Positions 19,873-30,361 of a DNA stretch of 64,000 nucleotides are shown here, piece after piece (the stretch's first letter is position 1; every line of letters begins with the position of its first letter). The notes under the pieces were generated by a model, which had not been told where the DNA came from, searched no databases, and was given only the letters and a program-made list of their open reading frames with translations. The stretch is from positions 1 through 64,000 of IMG/VR virus record IMGVR_UViG_3300035703_000060; one strand, written 5' to 3'. Origin of the DNA: a virus. The translations under genes and the position numbers were made by a program.

Positions 19873-22800
19873 ATGGCACAAAAAACTAATCTTAATGTCA
19901 ATCCATATTTTGATGATTTTGATTCAACAAAGAATTTTTATAAAGTTCTTTTCAATCCAGCAAAACCAGTACAGTCTAGAGAGTTAAATACTATACAATC
20001 TATTCTTCAAAACCAAATAGAGTCTTTTGGAAGTCATATCTTCAAAGAAGGTTCTATGGTTATACCTGGTGGAGTATCCTATGATTCAGAATATTGTGCC
20101 GTAAAATTAAATTCTACTTCTTTTGGTATAGACATTTCATTGTATATTGAAAAATATGTCGGACAAATTATTAGGGGAGAAGTTTCTGGGATATCTGCAG
20201 TAATAAAAGAAGTAGTTTTTCCAAATAGTAGTGGTGTAGAAACTATAACTCTTTATGTAAAATACTTAGAGTCAAATAACAGTTTTAATCAGTCATTCTT
20301 TTTAGATGGTGAATCTTTATTATCTACAGAAGCAATATCTTATGGAATTAATAATACAGTAATATCTGACGGAACTCCCTTTGCTTCATTAATATCTGAG
20401 AATGCAACAGCAACGGGATCTTCAGTTTCTATTGATAATGGTGTTTATTTTGTTAGAGGAACTTTTGTAAATGTAAATAAACATACATTAATTCTGGATT
20501 ATTACAATAATATTTCTTCTTATAGAATAGGTCTAAGAGTATCTGAAACCATCATAACAACAAAAGATGATGAGACACTTTTTGATAATGCAAAAGGTTT
20601 CACAAATTTTGCATCCCCAGGAGCAGACAGATTTAAAATAGATTTGTCTCTGACAAAAAAACCTTTAACAGATATTAATGACACAGATTTTATAGAATTA
20701 TTAAGAGTTGAAAATGGTTTTCTTAAAAAGATCGAAAATAAAACAGATTATAATTTAATAAAAGATTACATTGCACAAAGAACTTATGATGAATCTGGAA
20801 ATTATACAGTTACACCATTTACAATTTCTGTAAACAATTCTTTAAACAATTTACTTGGAAATAATGGAATTTATTTTGATGGAGATTTAACAACTGCAGG
20901 AAATACTCCTTCTGATGATTTAATGTGTGTAAGTGTAAGTCCGGGTAAGGCTTATGTAAAAGGTTATGATGTTGAAAAAACTAATACAACTATTTTAGAT
21001 GTTGAAAAACCAAGAGATACACAAACAGTTACTGGTGCTTTAGTCCCATTTAAGATGGGAAATATTTTAAGAATTAACAATATCTATGGTGCGCCAACTA
21101 ACAAATCAACAGTATATTTTTATAGTAAAAGAAGAAATGGTGCTACTTCATCTCCAAATGGAGTCGAATTAGGATCTGCAAGAGTTTATCTATGTAAACT
21201 TACTGATGCAGCGTATGACGGTGCTAAAACCAAATGGGATTTGTATCTTTATGATATACAATTTTACACTCATTTAACTTTAAATAATTCTTTAACTGCA
21301 ACTCAATTACCAGCAACATCTATTATTAAAGGAAATAGTAGTGGTGCAACTGGTTATGTTGTATCTGCAGGTACTAGCGGAAATTTAGCAATTATAAGAC
21401 AAACATCTGGTGTATTTTTACCTAATGAAAATATTACCATAAATGGTACAACACTGACATCTAGAACTATTTTAAATGTAAAATCTTACACTTCTTCTGA
21501 CATTAAATCTGTTTATTCTTCAGGTAGTCCTGCATTTTTAGCAGATTCTGTTTTAGACTCATTTATTCCATCTGGATTTAGTGGACAAGATCAAATCACT
21601 ATAGGATCAGATGGGGTAGTAAGAACTACAAATAAACCATTTAGTGGTATATCTACCGATACCATTGTAAAATATTCTAGACCAGGATTTAGTACAGAAA
21701 CATACAATAGCGTTACTAGTGTTGCTTCAGATGGAACAACATTTACCTTATCTGGAATATCATCAGTAACAAATGTTAATGATGGTGGTGTTACAAGTTC
21801 CAGTCTACAATCTAGATTTTTAGTTGGAAACTCAGTATTAAGAGATCAAAGTTCTGGGTATCTATATTCAGTCTTACCAAACACTAATATTTCTAGTATA
21901 GATCTTAATAATTCTCAGTTAACATTTTCAGCACAATCTACATCCTCAAATGTAATATCTGGAGGATCTTTAACTTTATCAACTGGTGATTTTAATTTAC
22001 CTGGAAATTCTGGATCAATAAAATTTGATACTTTTGATGCAGAAAAATATTCCATACACTATAGTGATGGAACTACTGAAACAATAACAGATGATCAAGT
22101 AACTTTTAATGCAGAGTATACACAAATTACTTTTAATGGAATTACAAATGGAAAAACAACATCAATCATAAATGGCACTTTCGTAAAAACTGGGATACAA
22201 AGTAAAACAAAAGTTCACAAAAAGAGTACAATACTTAATGTCGAATTATCAAAGTATGAGCAATCTGGATCAAATGCAAATTCTTCAGTTAATGATGGAT
22301 TAACATTTAATAGATATTATGGATTGAGAGTTCAAGATGAGGAAATATGTTTAAGATATCCTGATGTAATTAGAGTATTAGCAGTATATGAATCACTAGA
22401 TTCGTCTTTACCAACTTTTGACAAATTAAACTTTTCTTCACTATATGGCATTTCAAGCAACTCTATAGTTGGTGAAAATATAGTTGGAAAGACAAGTAAA
22501 GCATTAGCAAGAATTGTAAAGAAAGACTCTTTATATCCAAACAGTGTAGAAATAGTATATTTAAATAATAATAAGTTTCAAGTTGATGAAGAAGTTACTT
22601 TTGAAGACTCTAACATAGTCGCTCCAATTTCTTCATTATCTTTTGGACGATTTAAAAATATCACAAATATTTTTAAATTAGATAAAGGTCAAAAAAATCA
22701 ATATTATGATTATTCAAAACTAATAAGAAATAATAATGAACCAGAACCTAGTAGGAAAATTACTATAGTATTAGATCATTATGACGTTTCTCCAACAGAT

Positions 22801-25800
22801 TCTGGAGATTTGTACAGTATCTTAAGTTACAATCGTGAAAATTATAGTAAGGATATTCCCAATATAGGATTTTTAAACATTAGAGCTTCCGATACTTTAG
22901 ATTTTAGACCGAGAGTTTCATATTTTAGTAGTTCATCTTCTTCACCGTTTGATTTTTCATCAAGAAATTTTGGAAACACTCCAAAAATAATCTTTACTCC
23001 AAATGAATCGAGTTTAATAAATTATGATTTCTATATTGGTAGAATTGATAAAGTATATTTGGATAGTTATGGATCAATAATTGTTGAAAAAGGTATATCT
23101 TCGATTAATCCAAAAGAACCTTATAAGTCTGGCGATTTGTTAGAAATTGCATCTATTTCCTTACCACCGTATCTTTATGATACCAGTGACGTTAAAATAA
23201 CTTTGGTAGATAATAGAAGATACACAATGCGTGATATTGGAAAAATAGAAGATAGAGTTGAAAATTTAGAAATAGTAACTTCTCTCTCTTTACTAGAATT
23301 AGATACTCAAACTCTTCAAATACAAGATGCTGATGGATTAAATCGCTTTAAAACAGGATTCTTCGCTGACTCATTCAAAAATGACAACTTTATTGATCTT
23401 GGAAACTCTCTCTCAGAAATCTCCGACAATAATGAATTAACTCCATTAATTTCAAAAAATAGTTTAAAAAATCAAATTATCGCGGCATCAAATCCCACTG
23501 ATTTTGAATTAGATTTATCACAAAATTTCGAATTGTTAGACAATAGAGTTAAAAAAACTGGACAAGTAATTACTTTAGATTATGAAAGTGTAGATTGGAT
23601 AGAACAACCGTTAGCAACAAGAGTTGAAAATGTAAACCCATTTCATGTTATTCAATATGTTGGAGATGTTAGATTAAATCCTTTTAGAGATACTTGGATA
23701 AGAACTGTAGAACTTCCCGATAGAGTTATTACCCATAATAATAGTTTAAACTTAGAAAGTAGAGTTAATACTGAAAGAATTACATTAAACAATGTTAATA
23801 ATACTACTGGTACAGGATCTGGAGGATTGGGTGTTGGGCAAGTAAGAGATACATGGACTGAATTAAGTTTAAGTGATGGTACTGTATCTCAAGAAACATT
23901 TAATTCTTCTGATACTAGTACTTCCACTTCTACAGAAAGATCTTTCATTGAAAGTCAATTTGATATATTCATGAGATCTAGAAATACTGAGTTTTCAGTA
24001 TCTAATTTAAGATCTTTTACTCAGTACTATTCATTCTTAGATGGAATTTCTTCAATTGATTTTATACCAAAATTAATAGAGGTTACTAGAGATATAGAAC
24101 TGCAAAATCCTGGAACAGATGGTAGTTTTATTGTTGGTGAAAATATTATAGGTTTTGATAATGGAGTACCAATTATAACATTTAGACTTGCTCAGCCAAA
24201 CCATAAATTTGGTGCGTTTAATAATCCATCAACTACTTATGATGTAAATCCATATTCAAAGTCAGAAATTTTACCTACTGCATATAGCGAATCTTCGACA
24301 GTTTTAAATATTGATACATTTTCACTATCAGAAGAAGCTCAAGGATTATATTCTGGTTATTTAGTTCGTAGAGCGGTATTAATTGGAGAAACTAGTGGTG
24401 CTGCAGCATATGTAAAAGACTTAAGATTAATTACAGATAACTATGGTGATTTAATTGGAACATTTTTTATCAGAGATCCAAACGCACTACCTCCACCGAT
24501 TATAAGAGTTCCTACTGGAAATAAGACTTTTAAATTGTCTTCATCTCCATTAAATGAAAATGGTTTATTGAATGGAACTGATATTTCTTCTGCAGAAACT
24601 AATTACTTGTCAGAAGGTACTGTACAAACTTACCAAAATATTATAAGGGTTCATACAATAAATGCTTCATTAACAACAACTAATAATGTAAGGACAAGAA
24701 CTTTAAATGCAGTAAGAAATGAAAATATATCAACAATAAATCTTCCAGCACCACCTCCACCTGTTATTAATGTAACTCAAAATATAACACAAAATGTAAC
24801 TCAAAATGTAACTCAAAATATAACAAATATTAATAGAATAATTCAACAACAAAGACATGCCGATCCATTAGCACAAACATTCCTTGTTGGTTCTAGTAGA
24901 GGATTAAATTCATTTAATGATGACGTTAATGGTGCATTTTTAACTGCTGTCGATTTATTCTTTGCTAAAAAGGATCAAGGAAATGCTCCTGTTACAGTTC
25001 AAATAAGAACTGTTGAATTTGGAACACCTACGTTAACAATAATAGGTGACCCAGTAATTCTCAGACCAAGTGATATTCAAACTTCCACTGATGGATCAGT
25101 GGCAACTAAAGTAACCTTCCCATATCCAATATTTTTACCACCAGGATTAGAATATGCAATTGTTATTTTGGCACCTCAAAGTGATCAATATGAATTATGG
25201 GTTGCTAGAATGGGTGAAAAAACTAGAAATACACTAAATCTTCCAGATGTTGAAAGTGTAAGATATACTAAACAGTTTGCAATTGGTAGTTTGTTTAAAT
25301 CTCAAAATGGATCAATATGGACTGATGATCAATATGAAGATCTTAAATTCAAACTATATAAAGCAAAATTCACTGAGTTGAATGGAATAGCATATTTCCA
25401 AAATCCAACTTTAAGTAAGAGTAATGGATATGTAAGAAACTTAATAAACAATCCAATTACAACACTACCAAGAAAACTTAAAGTTGGTATAACAACAGTA
25501 TATAATAGCACAATTGTAGATACAATATTAACTATTGGTAGAAAAGTTGGAGAAACTTCAAAAAATTATGTCTACGGAAATATTGTGGGAACAGGATGTT
25601 CAGTATCTAGTGTTGCAATTAGTACTGGTGGTAGAAATTACACTGTTGGAATATCTACGGTAGATACTTTCAATGTTACTGGCAATGGTTCTGGATTAAA
25701 ATTAAATGTTACTGCTGGATCAAACGGAACAATTCAGTCAGTTTCTGTTAATCAATTTGGAAGTGGATATTCAATTGGGGATGTAGTAGGAATTGTTACT

Positions 25801-27384
25801 TCAACAATTACTGGAACTGCAAATTTAAGTAAAGGTCAAAATGCATTAATAACAATAACCGGAAACAATAATGCAATTGATACGTTATACCTATCCGATT
25901 TTCAAGGAAACACATTTACTAATGGAAGTGCCGAATTAGTTTATTATAATAATTCCGGTACAAGAGTTACTTTAGGATCTACTATCATACAATCTTCTGA
26001 GACCTATGGGTCTTATTCGGATGGAAAATATTTTAAAGTTGATCATTTCAATCATGGTATGTATGCTACAAATAATATTGTAGAATTGAGTGGTGTTACT
26101 CCAGACACACCTGGAGTAACTTTATCGTCACAACTACTAAGAACAGATTCTATTTTAAATATACCATCTGCTGATAGTTCATATTTTCAAACTTTTGAAG
26201 GTAGTACTGTAAGTCCTACTAATCCTGGATATTTAATTATTAATAATGAAATAATCAAATATACTTCCACACAATCATCATCATTGGAAGGGTTAGAAAG
26301 AGGTATTGATGGTACTATTGCAATAACTCATCCAGAAAACTCAATTATTCGTAAATATGAATTGAATGGAGTTTCTCTCAGAAGAATTAATAGGACACAT
26401 AATATTGTAGATTCTAATATTGAGTTAGACAGTTATTACTTAGAAATAGATAGAGGTGGATTAGATGGTGGAGATAATTTTGCCTATGATAGATCTGTTG
26501 ATGCTTCACCATATCCAATGTTATCGTTTAATAGTGAAAAGAGTGTTGGTGGTGCATTTGCATACGCATCAGAAAATATTGTCTATGATACTGTAATACC
26601 GTTCTACAATATTATAATACCTGGTGCTACAACCGAAGTGACTTCTCAGATAAGATCTATTACTGGAACAAGTTCTGGTGGAAATGAAATATCATTTAGA
26701 GATCTTGGTTATGAAAATGTTCAAATTAATCAACAAAACAAATTAAATGAACTTAGAATGGTTGCTTCTAAAGTTAATTCTGACGAATATTTAGATGCTT
26801 TACCTAGAAATAAATCTTTAGTAACTGCACTAACTTTATCATCAGATAACTATAATCTTTCTCCCATGATTTTCTTGGATGATACATTTACAGAATTCCA
26901 CAATGCAAGACTGAATAATCCAATGTCAAATTATGTTACTGATGGTAGAGTAAATAGCCTTTTAAATGATCCCCATGCGGCAATTTATGTTTCTAGAACA
27001 GTTAGACTTTCTCAACCATCTAATAGTTTGAGAGTATTATTATCTGCTTACAAGCATCCATCTGCTGATTTTAGAGTTTTATATTCATTAATAAAACCAG
27101 AATCAAATGAATCTTTACCATCTTTTAATTTATTCCCGGGATATGATAATTTAACAACTGACAATAATTTAGATGGTTATTTTGATGTTATTGATGAAAG
27201 TAATAATAGTGGACTATCCGATACTATAGTTCCCAGTAGTTTGGAAAATCAGTTCCTTGAGTATCAATATACGGCAGCAAATGTTGGTCCATTTGTTGGT
27301 TTTACTATTAAAATTGTGATGTCTGGTACAAGGCAAGATAAATATCCAAGATTTAAAGACTTAAGGGCGATAGCATTAGCATGA
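19873..27384 (+). CDS. large virion structural protein, VrlC/DUF4815-like
   Basis: PYFDDFD..KNFYKVLF.P..VQSRELN.IQ N-terminus, RRYTMRDIG, RFKTGFFADSF, DPLAQTF. Confidence 0.85.
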   Translation: MAQKTNLNVNPYFDDFDSTKNFYKVLFNPAKPVQSRELNTIQSILQNQIESFGSHIFKEGSMVIPGGVSYDSEYCAVKLNSTSFGIDISLYIEKYVGQIIRGEVSGISAVIKEVVFPNSSGVETITLYVKYLESNNSFNQSFFLDGESLLSTEAISYGINNTVISDGTPFASLISENATATGSSVSIDNGVYFVRGTFVNVNKHTLILDYYNNISSYRIGLRVSETIITTKDDETLFDNAKGFTNFASPGADRFKIDLSLTKKPLTDINDTDFIELLRVENGFLKKIENKTDYNLIKDYIAQRTYDESGNYTVTPFTISVNNSLNNLLGNNGIYFDGDLTTAGNTPSDDLMCVSVSPGKAYVKGYDVEKTNTTILDVEKPRDTQTVTGALVPFKMGNILRINNIYGAPTNKSTVYFYSKRRNGATSSPNGVELGSARVYLCKLTDAAYDGAKTKWDLYLYDIQFYTHLTLNNSLTATQLPATSIIKGNSSGATGYVVSAGTSGNLAIIRQTSGVFLPNENITINGTTLTSRTILNVKSYTSSDIKSVYSSGSPAFLADSVLDSFIPSGFSGQDQITIGSDGVVRTTNKPFSGISTDTIVKYSRPGFSTETYNSVTSVASDGTTFTLSGISSVTNVNDGGVTSSSLQSRFLVGNSVLRDQSSGYLYSVLPNTNISSIDLNNSQLTFSAQSTSSNVISGGSLTLSTGDFNLPGNSGSIKFDTFDAEKYSIHYSDGTTETITDDQVTFNAEYTQITFNGITNGKTTSIINGTFVKTGIQSKTKVHKKSTILNVELSKYEQSGSNANSSVNDGLTFNRYYGLRVQDEEICLRYPDVIRVLAVYESLDSSLPTFDKLNFSSLYGISSNSIVGENIVGKTSKALARIVKKDSLYPNSVEIVYLNNNKFQVDEEVTFEDSNIVAPISSLSFGRFKNITNIFKLDKGQKNQYYDYSKLIRNNNEPEPSRKITIVLDHYDVSPTDSGDLYSILSYNRENYSKDIPNIGFLNIRASDTLDFRPRVSYFSSSSSSPFDFSSRNFGNTPKIIFTPNESSLINYDFYIGRIDKVYLDSYGSIIVEKGISSINPKEPYKSGDLLEIASISLPPYLYDTSDVKITLVDNRRYTMRDIGKIEDRVENLEIVTSLSLLELDTQTLQIQDADGLNRFKTGFFADSFKNDNFIDLGNSLSEISDNNELTPLISKNSLKNQIIAASNPTDFELDLSQNFELLDNRVKKTGQVITLDYESVDWIEQPLATRVENVNPFHVIQYVGDVRLNPFRDTWIRTVELPDRVITHNNSLNLESRVNTERITLNNVNNTTGTGSGGLGVGQVRDTWTELSLSDGTVSQETFNSSDTSTSTSTERSFIESQFDIFMRSRNTEFSVSNLRSFTQYYSFLDGISSIDFIPKLIEVTRDIELQNPGTDGSFIVGENIIGFDNGVPIITFRLAQPNHKFGAFNNPSTTYDVNPYSKSEILPTAYSESSTVLNIDTFSLSEEAQGLYSGYLVRRAVLIGETSGAAAYVKDLRLITDNYGDLIGTFFIRDPNALPPPIIRVPTGNKTFKLSSSPLNENGLLNGTDISSAETNYLSEGTVQTYQNIIRVHTINASLTTTNNVRTRTLNAVRNENISTINLPAPPPPVINVTQNITQNVTQNVTQNITNINRIIQQQRHADPLAQTFLVGSSRGLNSFNDDVNGAFLTAVDLFFAKKDQGNAPVTVQIRTVEFGTPTLTIIGDPVILRPSDIQTSTDGSVATKVTFPYPIFLPPGLEYAIVILAPQSDQYELWVARMGEKTRNTLNLPDVESVRYTKQFAIGSLFKSQNGSIWTDDQYEDLKFKLYKAKFTELNGIAYFQNPTLSKSNGYVRNLINNPITTLPRKLKVGITTVYNSTIVDTILTIGRKVGETSKNYVYGNIVGTGCSVSSVAISTGGRNYTVGISTVDTFNVTGNGSGLKLNVTAGSNGTIQSVSVNQFGSGYSIGDVVGIVTSTITGTANLSKGQNALITITGNNNAIDTLYLSDFQGNTFTNGSAELVYYNNSGTRVTLGSTIIQSSETYGSYSDGKYFKVDHFNHGMYATNNIVELSGVTPDTPGVTLSSQLLRTDSILNIPSADSSYFQTFEGSTVSPTNPGYLIINNEIIKYTSTQSSSLEGLERGIDGTIAITHPENSIIRKYELNGVSLRRINRTHNIVDSNIELDSYYLEIDRGGLDGGDNFAYDRSVDASPYPMLSFNSEKSVGGAFAYASENIVYDTVIPFYNIIIPGATTEVTSQIRSITGTSSGGNEISFRDLGYENVQINQQNKLNELRMVASKVNSDEYLDALPRNKSLVTALTLSSDNYNLSPMIFLDDTFTEFHNARLNNPMSNYVTDGRVNSLLNDPHAAIYVSRTVRLSQPSNSLRVLLSAYKHPSADFRVLYSLIKPESNESLPSFNLFPGYDNLTTDNNLDGYFDVIDESNNSGLSDTIVPSSLENQFLEYQYTAANVGPFVGFTIKIVMSGTRQDKYPRFKDLRAIALA
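24769..24828 (+). repeat. five 12-bp tandem repeats encoding N(V/I)TQ
   Basis: aatgtaactcaa / aatataacacaa / aatgtaactcaa / aatgtaactcaa / aatataacaaat. Confidence 0.9.
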
Positions 27385-27599
27385 TGGAAGATTTAATATC
27401 GGTTGAAGGGCACCCAAATCTCTTTAGAGATCAAAAAACGGGTGCCATAGTAAACTGTGATAATGTAGCATATAAACAGTATTTGAACAGTGTTTCAAAT
27501 AGGATGAATACAAAAAAAGAAATTGAAAATTTGAAAAGTGATGTTGAAGAAATTAAATCTCTATTAAAGGAGTTAATAAATGAAACCAGAAGAAATTGA
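27381..27599 (+). CDS. small conserved coiled-coil phage protein
   Basis: VEGHPNLFRD..TGAIVN...EIENLKSDVEEIKSLL; ATGA overlap with the upstream gene. Confidence 0.75.
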   Translation: MMEDLISVEGHPNLFRDQKTGAIVNCDNVAYKQYLNSVSNRMNTKKEIENLKSDVEEIKSLLKELINETRRN

Positions 27600-27744
27600 A
27601 TTAGGTGATATTAATAAATTGTTTGAGTATGAAAAACATTGTAGAGTAATTGATGAACTAAGTGTAGAAGAGTTAAAAAATTTTTCAAAATTATACTTAA
27701 AGTTATATTTAAAGCAACAAGAAGTAGTAGCATTATTTAATTGA
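27580..27744 (+). CDS. NblA-like small helical protein (54 aa, not in ORF track)
   Basis: MKPEEIELGDINKLFEYEKHCRVIDELSVEELKNFSKLYLKLYLKQQEVVALFN with AAGGAG at 27567-27572. The ORF is well supported; the NblA likeness is judged by eye only. Confidence 0.55.
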   Translation: MKPEEIELGDINKLFEYEKHCRVIDELSVEELKNFSKLYLKLYLKQQEVVALFN

Positions 27745-27752
27745 CATAAATA
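27745..27752 (+). promoter_or_regulatory. T4-type late promoter
   Basis: CATAAATA upstream of the neck gene block. Confidence 0.6.
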
Positions 27753-27778
27753 ACTCATAGGCATATTTTTGATGGTAA

Positions 27779-28129
27779 ATGGCATCACCATACGTAGTTA
27801 ACTTAAGTATTAATACTGGTACATCATTTACACAAACTTTTACTTTAGCCAACGAAAATGGTTCAGCACTTAATCTTTCCAATTATAGTGTTAAGTCACA
27901 GTTAAGAAAACATCCCCAAAGTAGTTCTTATGTAAATTTTATTTCTACTGCGGTTTCTCCCCCATCTAGTGGGGTAATAAAAATTGAATTAGATCCAAAC
28001 TCCACTACTAGTTTAAAACCTGGAAGATATTTGTACGATATTATTATTACAAATGGTGGAACTGGTGAAAAAACAAAAGTTATAGAAGGTTCCGCAATAG
28101 TTTCAAAAAGCATAACAAGAGATAGTTAA
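27779..28129 (+). CDS. putative virion structural protein (Ig-like beta sandwich)
   Basis: NLSINTGTSF...LNLSNY....QLRK...LKPGRYLYDI..VIEG pattern, common next to gp13 in cyanophages. Confidence 0.6.
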   Translation: MASPYVVNLSINTGTSFTQTFTLANENGSALNLSNYSVKSQLRKHPQSSSYVNFISTAVSPPSSGVIKIELDPNSTTSLKPGRYLYDIIITNGGTGEKTKVIEGSAIVSKSITRDS

Positions 28130-28133
28130 TGTT

Positions 28134-28961
28134 ATGGCAAAACCATCAACAAGACAAGAATTAATTGATTATTGTTTAAGGAGACTAGGAGCTCCAGTTT
28201 TAGAAATAAACGTAGATGATGATCAAATAGATGATTTAGTAGATGATGCTTTACAATACTTCAATGAACGTCATTTTGATGGTGTTGAAAGAATGTATTT
28301 GAAATATCAAATCACACAAGATGATGTCAACAGAGGAAAAGCAAAAAACACTAGTGGTCCAGGAATAGTAACAACTACTGCTTCATCTGCAGGCAATACT
28401 TTTAATTTTTATGAGACATCAAACTATATTCAAGTTCCAGACTCTGTAATTGGTATAGAAAAAGTATTTAAATTTGATACTAGTTCTATTTCTGGTGGAA
28501 TGTTTAGTATAAAGTATCAGTTATTTTTAAATGATCTTTATTATTTTAATTCTGTAGAATTATTACAATATGCAATGGTAAAAAGTTATCTTGAAGATAT
28601 TGACTTTTTGCTGACAACTGATAAACAAATAAGATTTAATAAAAGACAAAATAGAATGTATCTGGATATTGACTGGGGAGCACAGTCAGTTGGTAACTTT
28701 TTAGTAATAGATTGTTATAGAGTACTAAATCCGAATGATTTTACTAAAGTTTATAATGATAGTTTCTTAAAAAAATATTTAACTTCACTTATTAAAAAGC
28801 AATGGGGACAAAATTTAATTAAGTTTAGAGGTGTTAAATTACCAGGTGGAGTAGAATTAAATGGAAGAGAAATGTATGATGATGCACAAAGGGAAATTGA
28901 TGATTTAATGCAAAAAATGTCTATGGAATATGAACTTCCCCCATACGATTTTATAGGATAA
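28134..28961 (+). CDS. gp13: neck protein gp13
   Basis: LIDYCLRRLGAPVLEINV, KKQWGQNLIKF.GV.LPGGV.LNG. Confidence 0.95.
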   Translation: MAKPSTRQELIDYCLRRLGAPVLEINVDDDQIDDLVDDALQYFNERHFDGVERMYLKYQITQDDVNRGKAKNTSGPGIVTTTASSAGNTFNFYETSNYIQVPDSVIGIEKVFKFDTSSISGGMFSIKYQLFLNDLYYFNSVELLQYAMVKSYLEDIDFLLTTDKQIRFNKRQNRMYLDIDWGAQSVGNFLVIDCYRVLNPNDFTKVYNDSFLKKYLTSLIKKQWGQNLIKFRGVKLPGGVELNGREMYDDAQREIDDLMQKMSMEYELPPYDFIG

Positions 28962-28963
28962 TT

Positions 28964-30361
28964 ATGGCATTAAACCCATTTTTTCTTCAAGGATCAGATT
29001 CTGAACAACATCTGATTCAACAATTAATAAATGAGCAATTAAAAATTTTTGGTGTTGAAGTATCCTATTTACCCCAAAAATTTATAAAGAAAGAGACAAT
29101 ATTAAGAGAAGTTAGTGCATCAAAATTTGATGATAATTTTTCAATAGAAGCATATGTAAGTAACTTTGACGGATATACTGGTTCTGGAGATATTTTATCA
29201 AAATTTGGAATGAATCTAAAAGATGAGTTAACACTTATAATATCAAAAGAAAGATTTGAAGATTTTATTGCTCCATTTCTTTCTGATATGGATCCCGATG
29301 AAATAATAATTTCCTCTAGACCAAGAGAAGGTGATTTAATTTATTTCCCTCTTGGTAAAAGATTATTTGAGATAAAATTTGTAGAGCATGAGCAACCATT
29401 TTATCAGTTAGGCAAGACTTATGTTTATGAATTAAAATGTGAATTGTTCGAGTATTCAGATAATATTGGTGGATGGGATAATGTAAATACGACAGTTGAA
29501 GAAATAGATAGAACTTTAGAAAATCAAGGTTATATTAATACACTTAAATTATTTCCATCTGGTTCGCAAGCAACTGCACAAACTTCAATTGTAAATGGTT
29601 ACGTTAGAAAAATAACTCTACTCAATGATGGTTATAATTATAAAACAACACCAACTGTAGCAATTAGTAGCGCACCAGCAGGAGGAATAAATGCACAAGC
29701 AGTGGCAATTACTTCGTGTATAGGGAATTTTTGTTCGGTTAAAGAAATTTTACTGGTAAATCCTGGAGCAGGATATACAGTAGAACCAACAGTTATAATT
29801 TCAAGTACTACAGGAGTTGGAGCAACTGCAAAAGCAGTAATTGAAAAAACATACTCCGGTATTGGAAGTATAACAATTACTAACAGTGGTTCTGGATATG
29901 TTACATCACCATCTATAGGATTCTCATCTCCTACAGTTGGATCTGCAATTACTGCTGTGGCAAGAACTATTGTTAATTCTAATGGTCAAATTGGTCAAAT
30001 ATTAATTTCCGATGCGGGTATTGGATACATATCAAATCCATCAATATCTATATCAAACCCACCGTTACTTGTTGGAATTAATACTTATATCTTTAATGAA
30101 GTAGTTATTGGAGAAACTTCTGGGGCTAAGAGTAGAGTTAAAACATGGGATAGCACCACAAGTACTTTGAAAGTTGGCACTGTAAATGGAGATTTTATAC
30201 CTGGGGAAATTATAGTTGGATCAATATCTTCAGCAAGATATCCATTGCAAAAATATCAAGTTTCAGACTTGTATGATAAATATGAACAAAACGACGAGAT
30301 ACAACAAGAGTCAAATTCTATAGTTGACTTTTCAGAATCTAATTTATTCGGTAATTACTAA
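28964..30361 (+). CDS. gp14: neck protein gp14 (cyanophage-type extension)
   Basis: RPREGDLIYFP, FEIKFVEHEQPFYQLGK.YVYEL.CELFEY, C-terminal DFSESNLFG. Confidence 0.93.
   Translation: MALNPFFLQGSDSEQHLIQQLINEQLKIFGVEVSYLPQKFIKKETILREVSASKFDDNFSIEAYVSNFDGYTGSGDILSKFGMNLKDELTLIISKERFEDFIAPFLSDMDPDEIIISSRPREGDLIYFPLGKRLFEIKFVEHEQPFYQLGKTYVYELKCELFEYSDNIGGWDNVNTTVEEIDRTLENQGYINTLKLFPSGSQATAQTSIVNGYVRKITLLNDGYNYKTTPTVAISSAPAGGINAQAVAITSCIGNFCSVKEILLVNPGAGYTVEPTVIISSTTGVGATAKAVIEKTYSGIGSITITNSGSGYVTSPSIGFSSPTVGSAITAVARTIVNSNGQIGQILISDAGIGYISNPSISISNPPLLVGINTYIFNEVVIGETSGAKSRVKTWDSTTSTLKVGTVNGDFIPGEIIVGSISSARYPLQKYQVSDLYDKYEQNDEIQQESNSIVDFSESNLFGNY

Noticed and set aside
24769-24828. Short tandem repeat considered as a CRISPR-like array
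   Set aside because: The 12-bp units abut with no spacers and are in frame within a coding gene.
27741-27769. sigma70 promoter TTGACA-17-TATTTT before ORF 27779
   Set aside because: The -10 is weak in very AT-rich DNA, and TTGACA arises from a stop codon next to a late promoter. The late promoter explains the site.
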